Source of the DNA: a virus | Taxonomy: Duplodnaviria > Caudoviricetes | Direction: 5' to 3' (one strand) | IMG/VR virus record: IMGVR_UViG_3300021426_000077 | Coordinates: 1 to 64,000 of that record | DNA: 64,000 nt | Part shown: one piece after another, positions 1 through 11,498 of the stretch | Position numbering within the stretch: the stretch's first letter is position 1 | How the letters are laid out: every line of letters starts with the position of its first letter | Program-made: the position numbers and the translations under genes | The notes under the pieces: generated by a model | What the model was told of the DNA's origin: nothing | The model's database searches: none | The model's input: only the letters and a program-made list of their open reading frames with translations

Positions 1-86
1 GAAGGAACAGAAACAAAATTCATTTTGTTTCTGTTCCTTCTCTTGGAAATGAAAATAGAAATGGGTTTGGAAGTAGTGGTGTATAA
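1..86 (+). CDS. dut: dUTPase, C-terminal end (partial)
   Basis: Frame 3 reads ...KIHFVSVPSLGNENRNGFGSSGV-TAA, matching trimeric dUTPase motif V (RxxGFGSTG). The stop overlaps the next ATG (TAATG). Confidence 0.7.
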   Translation, partial: RNRNKIHFVSVPSLGNENRNGFGSSGV

Positions 87-583
87 TGCGGCGAACGATG
101 GCAGTTGATCAAAGCAGTCGAGTAACAGGCTGAGCTGTTTATGATAATGAAAAATTAACTGGTTGAGGTCATTTTTCAATTCCCGCTAATAAAACAATGG
201 GACAAAGATTAAAAACTTTTCAACAGCATTTAATTGAGTTATTAGATTTTTATAATATAGAACATTTATATTTTGAAGGTATACAATTACAAAATGGAAA
301 TGCAGAAACATACAAAAAATTAGCTATGATACAGGCTATGATATTTTTTACTTGCCATGTAAAAAATGTTCCATGCACAGAATTAGCTCCTTCTCATTGA
401 AGAAAGATTCTTAGTGAAAAATATAATTGAAAATTTGGTCGTAGTCGAGCTGAACAAAAACAAAAAGCAAAAGATCTTATAGAAGAACAATTTAATATTT
501 ATCCAACAGAAGATGAATGTGATGCTATCTGTTTAGGACTCGCGGGAATTCATGAAGAAAAAAAGAATAAATCAGCTTTTTAA
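86..583 (+). CDS. ruvC: RuvC-like Holliday junction resolvase, 165 aa (4 TGA=Trp)
   Basis: MRRTMAVDQSSRVTG-W(TGA)-AVYD..., YFEGIQ, PSH-W(TGA)-RK, EDECDAICLG: RuvC catalytic acidic pattern, with TGA at typical Trp sites. Confidence 0.85.
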
Positions 584-585
584 AT

Positions 586-630
586 AAAAAAAATGGGGCA
601 CTCTATTAATTTAGAGTGCCCCTTTATTTG
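586..630. terminator. Bidirectional intrinsic terminator between convergent units
   Basis: GGGGCACTCTA/TAGAGTGCCCC stem (595-622) with an A-run on the left and T-rich sequence on the right. Confidence 0.85.
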
Positions 631-631
631 T

Positions 632-730
632 TTATATTAATGAAGCAAAACCACTTATTACACAAGCTAAGCTTACAAAAATACAAGCTTTTAGAATTAA
701 TTCTATACTATCATCACTACTATTCGTCAC
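632..730 (-). CDS. Putative 32-aa single-TM peptide after endolysin
   Basis: GTG...TAA: MTNSSDDSIELILKACIFVSLACVISGFASLI; fills the gap between the endolysin stop and the terminator; weak RBS (GGGAAG). Confidence 0.35.
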   Translation of the reverse strand: MTNSSDDSIELILKACIFVSLACVISGFASLI

Positions 731-732
731 TA

Positions 733-1593
733 TTAAAACTTCCCATCATTAAGCGCACGCTGTAGTGCCATTGTAGTATACTTACCTCAGTCACCATCAA
801 GATAGTACTCAGTTCCATAATACCCAAGCTTGCGGAGATACTTCTGTAATCCAAGAGTAGAGTAATAACCAAAATCACCATCAAGGTAATACTCAGTTCC
901 ATAGTATCCTTTAGCACGGAGATAGCGCTGTAAAGCTAACTTGGAATAATAACCAAAGTCACCGTCGATTAGATAAGCAGTTGTGTAATAGCCTTTCTTA
1001 CGGAGGACTTTTTGTAATTTAGTCGCAGTATAAGAACCAAAGACACCATCAACATATAGCTTATCAGTAGTGGTGCTAGAAGAGCTAGAGCTACTGCTGC
1101 TAGAAGAGCTAGAATCGGCATCATAATTAGGACGAATAACACCGACGATGCAGCTATAAGGACGAGTGCGGCGAGCAACCATACCACTAACATTACCTTC
1201 AATAGTTTCTAGGCTTGAGCCAGTATTTCTCTCACAGAAGCCTGTGTGGTCAGCATTTGAGCTATAATATCCGCCATAGCTCCAGTCAAATAAAACTACG
1301 TCACCAGGCTTAGCTTGTGAAGGACGGAGAAGTTTACCCGCACTACGAGCAGCCGCAAGTAAACCACTAGTGCAAGCTGCAGTAGGACACCCTGTGCAAG
1401 AAATACCTAATTGAGCTAAACACCAAGAGACGAACATAGCACAGAAAGGAACTCCTGTTGTGCCAAAGTAAGGAGAATTAGTAATTTTAGCATATCAGCG
1501 ACCATATTTTGTGCCTTGCTCTGGATCGTTATAACGATTATAACCAACCTCTTTTGCAGCTACTTGTAAAAGGGCTTTAGCAGTTTTCGCCAT
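733..1593 (-). CDS. Endolysin: CHAP domain, Ser linker, 3 peptidoglycan-binding repeats; 286 aa (2 TGA=Trp)
   Basis: MAKTAKALL...GTKYGR-W(TGA)-Y...PFCAMFVSW...DHTG...TIEGN (CHAP Cys/His); C-terminal DGxFG/DGD-W(TGA)-G..T..ALQ repeats. Confidence 0.92.
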
Positions 1594-1717
1594 CTGCATC
1601 ACTCTCTTCTTTATCTTCTAAAGCGTGTTGAGCTTCAATTTCAACTTTTAAAGCTTCCCATGCTTCTGGATCAGGGAATTCTGTAATATCATATTCTAAT
1701 ACTTTTTCTTCTGCCAT
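1577..1717 (-). CDS. Small acidic protein (46 aa) between holin and endolysin
   Basis: MAEEKVLEYDITEFPDPEAWEALKVEIEAQHALEDKEESDADGENC; RBS GGAG; overlaps the endolysin start. Confidence 0.65.
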   Translation of the reverse strand: MAEEKVLEYDITEFPDPEAWEALKVEIEAQHALEDKEESDADGENC

Positions 1718-1733
1718 AAAAAACTCCAATCTA

Positions 1734-2150
1734 TTATTGTTGTTCCGCGGCTCTTTCTTCTTTGGTTAGACCATCTTTACTGTGAAGAAGCATTTGATAT
1801 CAAGCAGAGTTAGAAATTTCCGGATGAATTTCAGCAAAAATTTCTAATAAAGACCAAAGTTCCATTAATGCAAGTGAAATAACAACACTCATTAATACAG
1901 GTTGGAATCCTAATTCGAGTCCACCAAGTAACATTCCATCTACAACATCCGCGGCTACGATAATTCCAAAATTACTAATTTTGCGGATTAAGCCTTTGCG
2001 GAATTCATGACTAGAAAAATCGTGTTGAATAAACATTGCATTAATTACACCAAAAAGAACATCTAAAAGCGCAAGAAGAGCTAAAGCAATAATAACAATT
2101 TGTGCTTGCGGATCTTGAACTGGTTGTAAAAATACTTCTAACGGGCGCAT
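1734..2150 (-). CDS. Holin (phage holin family 4 / toxin-secretion type), 138 aa (1 TGA)
   Basis: Hydrophobic segments, FSS..FRKGLIRK and ELWSLLEIF motifs; directly upstream of the endolysin; reads through TGA at 1800 to TAA at 1734. Confidence 0.85.
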
Positions 2151-2173
2151 GATTTATATTCCTTTCTGTCAAA

Positions 2174-2196
2174 GGGCGCATATAAAATATGCGCCC
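2174..2196 (-). promoter_or_regulatory. Stem-loop in holin leader
   Basis: GGGCGCATAT-aaa-ATATGCGCCC perfect 10-bp stem; the arm is repeated at the holin start (2143-2150). Confidence 0.6.
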
Positions 2197-2274
2197 ATTT
2201 TAAATTCAAAATCCTTTTATCTCATCTTTATTTAATTGAATTTTATTTAATATAAATTTTATATTTTTACCCTT

Positions 2275-3801
2275 TTATCCTAATCATTCAAGAGATAGGT
2301 TACCATTTTCATCTGGTATAATTGCTCAATTACCATTACTAGTCCTAAAAACTAATTGAAAAGCGCATTTAAGAGTATTATCCATATCTGCAGTTGTTCC
2401 AAAAGCAATCCCTTTTTTATTTGCTTTAAAATCTACTAAAGAATAGACTGAATCAACAATACGTTTAATAGTTGGTAATACAGTTAAACTATCATGAGCA
2501 TCAATTTCAAATAAATAGGCTGAATTATCATCAAGATTTGCATTATTATTATCAAGATTTGTATTAGAAATGATTTGCGAAGCGGTTATTATAGTATCGG
2601 TTTTTGTAATTGTAGGAGTAATTGAATGTCAATTTGCAGCTATATCTGAATCATCTGTTGTTTTTATATATTTTATTCCAATATCTGTATTTGTTTGATT
2701 TAATCCATCAAGAGAAGTTATTGTTAAAGTAACTTGAATATCAATATTTTTACCCGAAGGGTTTGGATTTCCCTGATTATCACAACGGTCTATAGCAAGG
2801 CTAATTTGTGGAGAATTATAAGCAAGAACTGTAATAGTTGTAGTTATTGTACTAGTGCGTCCACGTGAATCTGTAACTGTTGATGAAACTGTTTTTGAGC
2901 CAGGTGTCAATGTAGCAAATGTTACTGTGGCTGCTGTTGAGCCAGATTTTGTAGATCCATCAAATGTAGTTGAATATGAAGAAATTGTTGAACCATTTGC
3001 TCCATTTGCAGTAATAGCAACTTGTAAAATTGATTTTCCTTGAATATATCCATTATAAGTAGTTAAATATTCTTCCGTATCAGTACAAGTGAAAGATATT
3101 GTTGGCTTTACTGAAGATGGAACTTGAAGTGTAACATTAACAGTTTTTGTTCCAACAGGGGTCTGACCATTTTTCGTTGTGCAAGTAAGTGTACCAGTCA
3201 TTGATGTATTATTTGGAATAAGTGAAGCATAATCTGCTACGGAAGGTGTTCATGAATACGATGTTCCAACATTAGATGCTATATTTTTTGTTGTCCCATT
3301 AAGAGTGAATGAGAGATCATGGGTAAAGCTCGATGATGCACGGTTGAGAGTAATTGTTACCGTATCTTCCATAGTAATTGACGATGAAGACAATGAAGGA
3401 GTCGTTGCACGAGGAATTGTTGTTAAATTTGTCTCAGCTAAAGATACTGTATATGTACCAGTTCATCCATAAGTACTAGACGTATAATTTCATGCCTGAG
3501 TTCATGAACCAGAAATTTTACCAGTCCCATCGCTATTATGTGAGACATTTTTTGAAACTGTTGCAATTGTATGTCAAGTTAGGTCTGAGCCAGAAGGATT
3601 ATTTGATCCTGAAAATGAAATTCCATTCATTGAACCTGAATATGATCTTGATCCAACATCAACATTACCATAAACTTGTAAATAAAATGTTACATTTGAT
3701 GTATTATTTTCAATGCTATACGAATTTTCAACTCAATATATACGCATTCCTGTAATTGGATTTGGATTGGTTGTCCCTGAATAACCAGATTTATAGGCCA
3801 T
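2275..3801 (-). CDS. DUF859-like siphovirus minor tail protein, 508 aa
   Basis: MAYKSG...IYW(TGA)VENSYSIENNTSNVT...LTTIPRATTPSLSSS...FTHDL...TDSRGRT...KGIAFG; continuous in code 4. Confidence 0.75.
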
Positions 3802-3815
3802 TAATTATTTCACCT

Positions 3816-6800
3816 CTATCCAAAGCTTAAATTACCATTGCCTCTAGGAGTAAATTTAAATCCATTAATTTCAAGACTAGTTAAAAATATACCATTATCA
3901 ATTACTAATTGAGAGTCACTATTTATATGTCAAACTGGTAAATTGTTTTTAACCATTCCTATTTCTTCACTACTTAAAATAAGATATGATTCTTCTTCAT
4001 TTGGAACCTGTATTTTAATAACATCATTATCAAATTTAATATATCTATTTAATTGATTTCATTGATCTGTCTGTTCTTTATTATAATTTGTAAGACGTGT
4101 ATTAATAGTATTTCAATTAGTATTAAAATTATTATTTAAATCTTTAATATCTTCCATAACATGATCATATTTTTGATCATTTTTTTCTTGCCATAAATTT
4201 ATATCACCAATTTGTCCATTAATTTCAGAAATTGCTTGGCTTGAATCTACCTCTGCAATAAGATCATTAACATCTTCTTGAGAAAGACTTCAGCTAGTAG
4301 GTTTGTTACCCTTTTCTAGTTTTCATTTATTCACATACATAAAACGAGTACCATTTGCATTGTCTACTGAATTATACAATTGCAATCAAGGATTGGCTGC
4401 TTCAGAATCACTAGCTTGAGCAGAAGTTATAGTAAAAGTTTTTGATAAATGATCTGCATGAGAAATTAAAACAGTTTCATTATTTAATTTATCTTCAATT
4501 TGTGAAAAATAATCAGTTCCTTTTCAAGAATTAATTAATTGAATGGTACCTCCACCTCAATAAACTCAAACTCCGGTTTCAGCGGCTAACTTAGCAGAAT
4601 GATAAACGTTTACATCTCAAAGTTGAAGTGTATAAGTTTCACCTTCAATTAAATTTTCTGTTAAATTTAATTGATAAGCTCCATATGCTGCGCTGTCATA
4701 CAATTTAGGATTATTTTTTAATAAATTAACTCCGCCTATTTGAATTTTTTCATTTAATATTGAATTTTGAGTATTTATATTAAACTCACCAATAGTAAGA
4801 GAATTTGCTGCAATCTGATTAGCAGTAATTGAACCTGTAATAATATTTCCGCCATCAATAATAGTATTGCTATCATCAAGAAGAATAGTTGTATAATTAA
4901 TAGTACCATCTAAACGTTTACGCTGTTCACATGTATATAAATAAGGATATTTAGTTTCATTTCCTGCAGAAGAAGTCGCTAAAGGCGGTACTTTTAAAGT
5001 TCATTTATTATAGGCATTAGCAGTTAAAGTAATTCAATTTGTTGGTAAATTATTATTAGTAGTATTAAAAGTTACACTTGAATTAGAGCGATAATAAATA
5101 CGTTGTGTAGCAACTATTCCAGTAGGATCAACTTGTCTAAATCCTCCATCTATATAAGCATATAATTGTTTAGATGTAGTAAAATATAATTTTGAAGCTG
5201 AATCACTAGAAAGAATACCAAGAGGAATGTAAAAATTATTATCTTCAGAAATTGGCATATTACAAGTAAAAGCATTTTGAGAAGCTACTGTGAATGTATT
5301 TTTTGATATTGTTCCTTTTAAATACATAATTTTATTTGTAGCAGCTCCTTGTACTGTAAATGTTGTACCAGGATTAACACTAGGATATACTTCATATGTA
5401 TTTGTTGTTGTAGAACCAGATGTAATTGCTGCAGGAGCATATAAAATTGGATAAGAAAGATCAAATGTTAAATTAGCTGCTAATTCTTTATACCCAGCAG
5501 AAGTTCCTGCAATAATTTTTCCTGCGGCTATTGCAGCAGCAGCTTTAATTTGATTGCTATGCTGAGTACGATCAATAGTATTTGAATTATATGAAAAATC
5601 AGCAACTCAATAAGAACCATCATATGTGAAAGTTATAATTTGATTTGCACGCAAATAATTTGCTGCAGGTAAATTAGCTATACTTCCATTACTTAGATAT
5701 TTTATTGGCTTAGCAGTTGTTTCATTAACACTTAATTTTAAATTATCAGAAGGTGTTACAGTATTAATATTAGCAAATTTAACATTAACAGTAGTACCTG
5801 TTTTGAGAGTAAATGCAGTTGTTGTAGGAGAAATTGAAGCTGTTTTAGTTGCTTCACTTGCGACAGTATTGCATTCTGCATATCATAAAATTGCTGTATT
5901 TGCAATTTTAGAATCTACATCAGATTTAGTTGCGTAATTATTAAGACTTCCAATAGACACAGTAGATCCAATATTAACTCCACTACCACTTATAGTAATA
6001 TGTCCATCACCATCAAAAGTAATAGAAGCTGATGCATCACCAATAGTAAAAGATCTATTTGAATCAAAGCTAATTCCTTCGCCATAAGTTGCGACAATAG
6101 TACCAGAATTATCATAAACACTCATACCAGAATTAGAAAGTAATACTTTATAACCATTATTTTCATTTGCTACATATCATCCTTGAGCTTTTGGATTTCC
6201 CGAAGGAGCAACAATAGGAGTATAAGTATAATTACCAATAGAACCAGAACGAGTATAATATAAAGTATTTTGTTGTACTGTAGTATGTGTAGTTGCAATA
6301 TAATTTTCAACAGTACTAGGTAAAACTCATAATCCTGCAGATGTTACAGCTAAATGAGTCATAATATATTTAGATTGACTATCTGTTATATCAAGAATAT
6401 ATCATTCTTGACTTTTCGGATTTCCTACTGGATCTGTAACAGGCGTATATGTATATGGTTCACTACTACCGCTTCGTACAAAATAAACAGTTCCATCTTG
6501 AACTGTAGTATCTGTTGTTAGTGTATATGACCCATGTTTACTAATTCAATCTAATGTTCCAGCTACATCTTCTACAATAGATAATTGAGTAAGAGCATTA
6601 TTAGCAGCATTGTTAGCAGAGGCCGCGTCTCTTGCAGCATCTCTTGCAGAAGTTTGAGCAGAAGTTGCCGCATCAGCGGCTATACTAGCAGAAGTAACTG
6701 CGGCACTTGCACTTTGGACAGCTTGACTTGCTGATGTAACAGCTACACTTGCAGACTGAACAGCTATAGATGCCGCAGCAGACGCAGATTCTGCGTTTTG

Positions 6801-9800
6801 TGAAGCTAATAAAGCTGAATTTTCTGCATTAACTGCAGCAGCAGATGCAGTAGTGGCAGAAAGTTCCGCGGCACTGGCTGATAAAGCTGCGGCACTTGCA
6901 CTTTGAGCAGCTTGTGAAGCAGAAGTTTGTGCTGATGCAGCAGCATTAAAAGCAGCACTTGCACATGCAACCGCAGAAGCAGCTGCATTATAAGCTACAC
7001 TTGCAGAAGTGACAGCAGATGCAGCATAATCATAAGCTATACTTGCAGATTGAACTGCTGCACTTGCAGCAGAAGATGCAGATGCAGCCGCAGTAATAGC
7101 TAAATCAGCAGATGCTTGAGCAGTTGCTGCAGCACTAGCAGCTATATTAGCAGAAGTCTGAGCAGAAACAGCAGCATTATAAGCTGTATTTGCACACGAA
7201 ACTGCAGCAGAAGCCGCTAATTCTGCGGCTTTAGCATATCCAACTGCTGTACTTGCTGTTTGAAAAGCTTCACTTGCGCTAGCTACAGCGCTTGCTGCAG
7301 ATGTAGATGCTGAAGTGGCCATATCCATAGCATCATTAGCTGTTTCACTAGCCGCAGCTGCAATTTCTCCAATTGAATTATAGCTATTGGCTAAGACAGG
7401 ATTAGTATAATCAATATGTGGATTTTCAGGAGAATCATCATCTGACCAAACAATTTTTGATCGAGTTCATATATATTTTCCAGACTCTCATACTGGAGGA
7501 GTAACATCTCATCCTGAAGCAGATTCTTCTGGTTCGTTTGTAGAACTAGTTGTTTTTATATATTCTTCTGTAATTGAAGTTGGATAAATTCCCGCATCTC
7601 CATAAGCTCCAATAAGATGTACATTAGTTTCAGTTGAATCTCCGGTTGTATAATTAACAATTTCATAATTCCATAAATATTTATTATTTGCATCAACTTT
7701 TTGAGGAGTTGTACTTCAAGGACTAGTAGTTCCTTTTGTTGGAGCATTAGGAGTATTAGTTCTTACATAATAATTAGTAATACCAGTAATACCTTTTCCA
7801 TCTGCGCCATATGTTGCGGCTATATGAACAGTACTTCCAGTTGATGTTGCATTTGTTGTACCATCTGTATAAGTTATAAGTTCATAATTTCAAATATATT
7901 TTGCATCTTGAGTTGGAGTTGGAATTGGAGGAGTACTTCAATTATTTGTAGGAGCAATGGTTGAGCTATTATTACGAGCATAATATTCTGTAATACTATA
8001 GATATTTTTTTCTATATATTGAATAGGTTCTGCCCAAGAGTCAATAACATCAGAAGCTGCGGCAGAAATAGCTACCCCAGTGATAATTCAACACGGACTT
8101 GGTGTATTATTTCCTATTTCTGGAATATTTAAACTTCAACCATTAAAATTTTCACTAGGAGTGAGGCTACCATTTGCGAATGTATAAGTAAGATTTCCTG
8201 GCTTTTCTGCATCAGAGGGTTTAGTTAATGCTCGTTTATAAAGAGTAATTTTAGCTTGGCTTAAACCATCTTTACCATCTTGTACTAATAATATAGGGTC
8301 TGACCACTCTGTATCGGCTATATTATCAATTGCTGGAGATACTGTAGCTTCTATTACAGCGGTTGCCGCAGATACTCAACAGGGATCTGTGCCACTTGGA
8401 ATTGAATCTGATCATAGACTTCCTTGAGGAATAATTGCTCTATGAGTATCAAAATTGTAACTGATATTTTGAGGTTTATTAGATGGCTGTACAAAATATC
8501 TTTGATAAAGAAGAACGGTTGTAGAATTAAAGCCATTAACGCCAGCTTTTCCTTCTTCTTTCATAGAAGCTAATGATCAATTAAAAGTTTTTTCAAAACT
8601 ATTATTATCAGAAGTTGTAGCAGTTATATATAATGTGCCACTTTGAGCTACAGAAGTTGTTAAATTTGAGTTTACACTAACTGTAAAAGTATTATTTGAA
8701 TAAGTTACAGTTAATCCTTCATAAGGAATAAAATCAATATTCGTAATTGTAGCTGTTACTTGAGTACTACCCTTATATACAATAAATTGTGAAGAAATAC
8801 TAGCATTAATTGCCATGGAGTATGCTGTAGCAAATGTATGGCTTTCATCAGTTAAAAAAGCAGTGTAAACATTTTCACTTTCTACATTACTATTAATAAT
8901 AGGTATTGTCTGAGTATCAATTTGATTTTGAGTTTCTATATCATAAATTGTACATTTTACTAAATTTGCTGAATCAGAATTTGCAATTGAATATGTTACA
9001 TTTGATTGATCTACAGGGATAAAACTTGATGTTCAATTAATTCCATCAGATGATTCAGCAATTCTAAAATGACTTATATATTCTACTGAAGTTTCATTTT
9101 CTTTTGCTCTTGTAGAAGAAAAAGTAACTGCACTTGGAATTAATGTCGGTGGAGAAGTGGTTGTATCACGAATAATAACAGAAGGACTACAAACCAAATT
9201 ATATTGATATGAAGAATAATTAATTTCTCGATTTGAAATACAAATTGGATCTGAATAATTTGGAGTAGGATCTCCTACTAGTACAGTTTTGGTTCTTTGT
9301 CAAATATATTGTCCAGGACTGTAAGCTGGAGCAGAAATCTGTCATCCAGTTGTTGGTGCTTCAAGGTTAGACTGAGAAGACGCATATTCAACATCTACTT
9401 CTTTAACAACTCCTTGAGTTGCTATTTCTATTTCTTCAACCCTTTCTGTCAATTCTTCATTTGAAGAATTTATTTTAATTCAGCATCCAATTCCATTTTT
9501 TTCATCATAAATAAATGTTAATATATTTCCTGCAGATCATTTTGGTTTTAAAGGAATAACTGTATCCTCGTCTTTTACGTATATATTTCCTTTAATTGTT
9601 AAGGGATTACCTTTAATAGGAGCGTCTGTATCATTGGCTGCAGTATTTTCAAATAATGTTAAACTAGGTAATTCTGTTGCAGTATTATCATTTATAAATT
9701 TTACAGTTAAAAGCATGCCTTTAACTAACTTAATTTTATTTACATTATGATTACTAATAATTACTTCTTTATCAGCAATATTTGCGGCAGTTGAGCAAGT

Positions 9801-9884
9801 TCCATAAAAGCTGGAAGAAATTACATGAACTCCCGCATCAGTTCCTCCAGAAGAGGTTAACCTTGAAATTACTTGTCCTGCCAT
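3816..9884 (-). CDS. Giant tail fibre/host-specificity protein, about 2,022 aa
   Basis: Five track ORFs (starts 9884, 8816, 7328, 6125, 5327) share one frame joined by TGA; W-x-x-x-P...YIW tail repeats, Ala/Ser coiled coil, GGVNLL...KLEKGNKPTSWS module; ends with TAG. Confidence 0.8.
6590..7370 (-). repeat. Ala/Ser-rich heptad-like repeat inside the giant fibre
   Basis: SASAASSAAS/AVTSASxA repeats over about 260 aa, like lambda Stf-type stalks. Confidence 0.8.
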
Positions 9885-9966
9885 ATAAATCTCCTTTTAC
9901 TCTTGGTAATAAAATTCATTTCTTTTAAAATGAAAAATATATATTAAATCTAATTTAATTAGACCC

Positions 9967-10743
9967 TTATCATGCTTCTACTCTAGTAATATAAATATTA
10001 TTATATTTTGTTGTGGTTCTTTGTGTAGTTGTACTATTATTAGTATCAAAATATCTGTTAGTAGGTCGTGTTGAAATAGTTGTTCCATTTATATATACAT
10101 CTCAACCTTTTCACCAAGGTACTCTATTATTGCCACTTGATCCAACTTCTCCAATAAACATATTTACATATTTGCCCTGCGGAGAATATACGCAAACGCT
10201 ACGATATAATGGAGTTGTTTTACTTGTTAAAGTACAATAATAAATTTTCATATGTGTGTAATTTGCTGCTGATGCTTTTAAAGTAATACTTGTTTGTGAA
10301 GGAGCTTGTGCTACTGGTTCTCATTCAAATAAAACATCCGGTGCTAACGCTGTATGTCAAGCTGCTTTCTGTTTACTTCCAATAGATCCAACAAAATGTT
10401 CGTCTTTCACAAAATTAATTACTGGTGCTCCAGATGGAGTAAGCTCTAATGAGATACCATTATATTTATCGACGCCATTTATTTTTCTTTGTGAAAAAAA
10501 TTCTATACCTTGATTTCCATTTGATGAAAATTTTGGCTGTATACACCCAATTTTAGTATTTTCTATATCTGAAAATTCTAATATTGTATTTCCTTCTAAA
10601 TCAGAACTTGGTGTAGTAGTATTGATTAAATTTGTCGATTTTAAATAAATAGGTAATTGACTATCTACAACATCAAAATTTACAGCTGTTTTATTAATAG
10701 CAATTCCATTTCCGCCAGATAAAAAACTTAATTGTGTTGACAT
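9967..10743 (-). CDS. Tail-tip module paralog A, 258 aa
   Basis: MSTQLSFLSGGNGIAINKTA...KAAW(TGA)HTALAPDVL...ASAANYTHMKIYY...TRVEAW(TGA)-TAA; own RBS. Confidence 0.75.
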
Positions 10744-10757
10744 ATAATCTCACCTAC

Positions 10758-11498
10758 TTACCAAGCTTCTACACGATATACATAAACACTTAAGTGATAA
10801 TAAGTCGTTCTTACTGTTGAACTAGCACCTTGTGTATCCATATAATAAGTATAATTAGGTGAATCACCAGCAATTCGTAAAGTAGTTTCATGTATTTCTA
10901 CTTGTGTTGCTTTTGGATAATAAAATCCAGTATCATTACCTGGTGCCCCTAGAAATAAGTCAATTGATTTTCCATTAGGATTAATTACATCAACAGAAGA
11001 ACAAATTAAAGTGTCTGAATAGTAAATTCGCATATGTTCATAATTTGCAGCTGATGCACTTAATGTTATAGGATATGCTAAAGTACCGCCACCATAGTCG
11101 TATAAAACATTCGGTTCTAATGCAGTATGTCAAGCTTTTTTACATGCTGGATTACGCATAGTAACTACAGGATTTCCATTAGAATCAATTCCTAAATGTA
11201 ATCCATTATAATATTCCCCAGAATCTGTTTCTTTTTTTGAAAACATAGATAGCGCTTGATATTTATTGTTATAAAAATGATTACCAAAACATCCTATTGT
11301 TTCATTATTTGAATCTGTTAAAATTAATTGATTATTTCCATCAGCATCTGATTGAGAAGAATTATTAACAAGATTATTTGATTGCAAATTTAAAGTTTTA
11401 ACAGATAATATATTAGGAAAAATTTCCGTATTATTTACAGCTATTGGAGAAGTTCCAATTGCAATTCCTTTATCTGATGAAAAATTTATTAATGCCAT
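10758..11498 (-). CDS. Tail-tip module paralog B, 246 aa
   Basis: MALINFSSDKGIAIGTSP...KAW(TGA)HTALEPNVL...ASAANYEHMRIYY...YRVEAW(TGG)-TAA. Confidence 0.75.

Noticed and set aside
1-40. Protelomerase-type hairpin telomere
   Set aside because: It lies inside the dUTPase reading frame and no protelomerase is seen; an artefact is more plausible.
790-1040. CRISPR-like spaced repeats
   Set aside because: They are in-frame coding repeats of the lysin cell-wall-binding domain.
733-2150. Mollicute (native code 4) host
   Set aside because: A holin plus CHAP endolysin with peptidoglycan-binding repeats implies a walled host; not formally excluded without host data.
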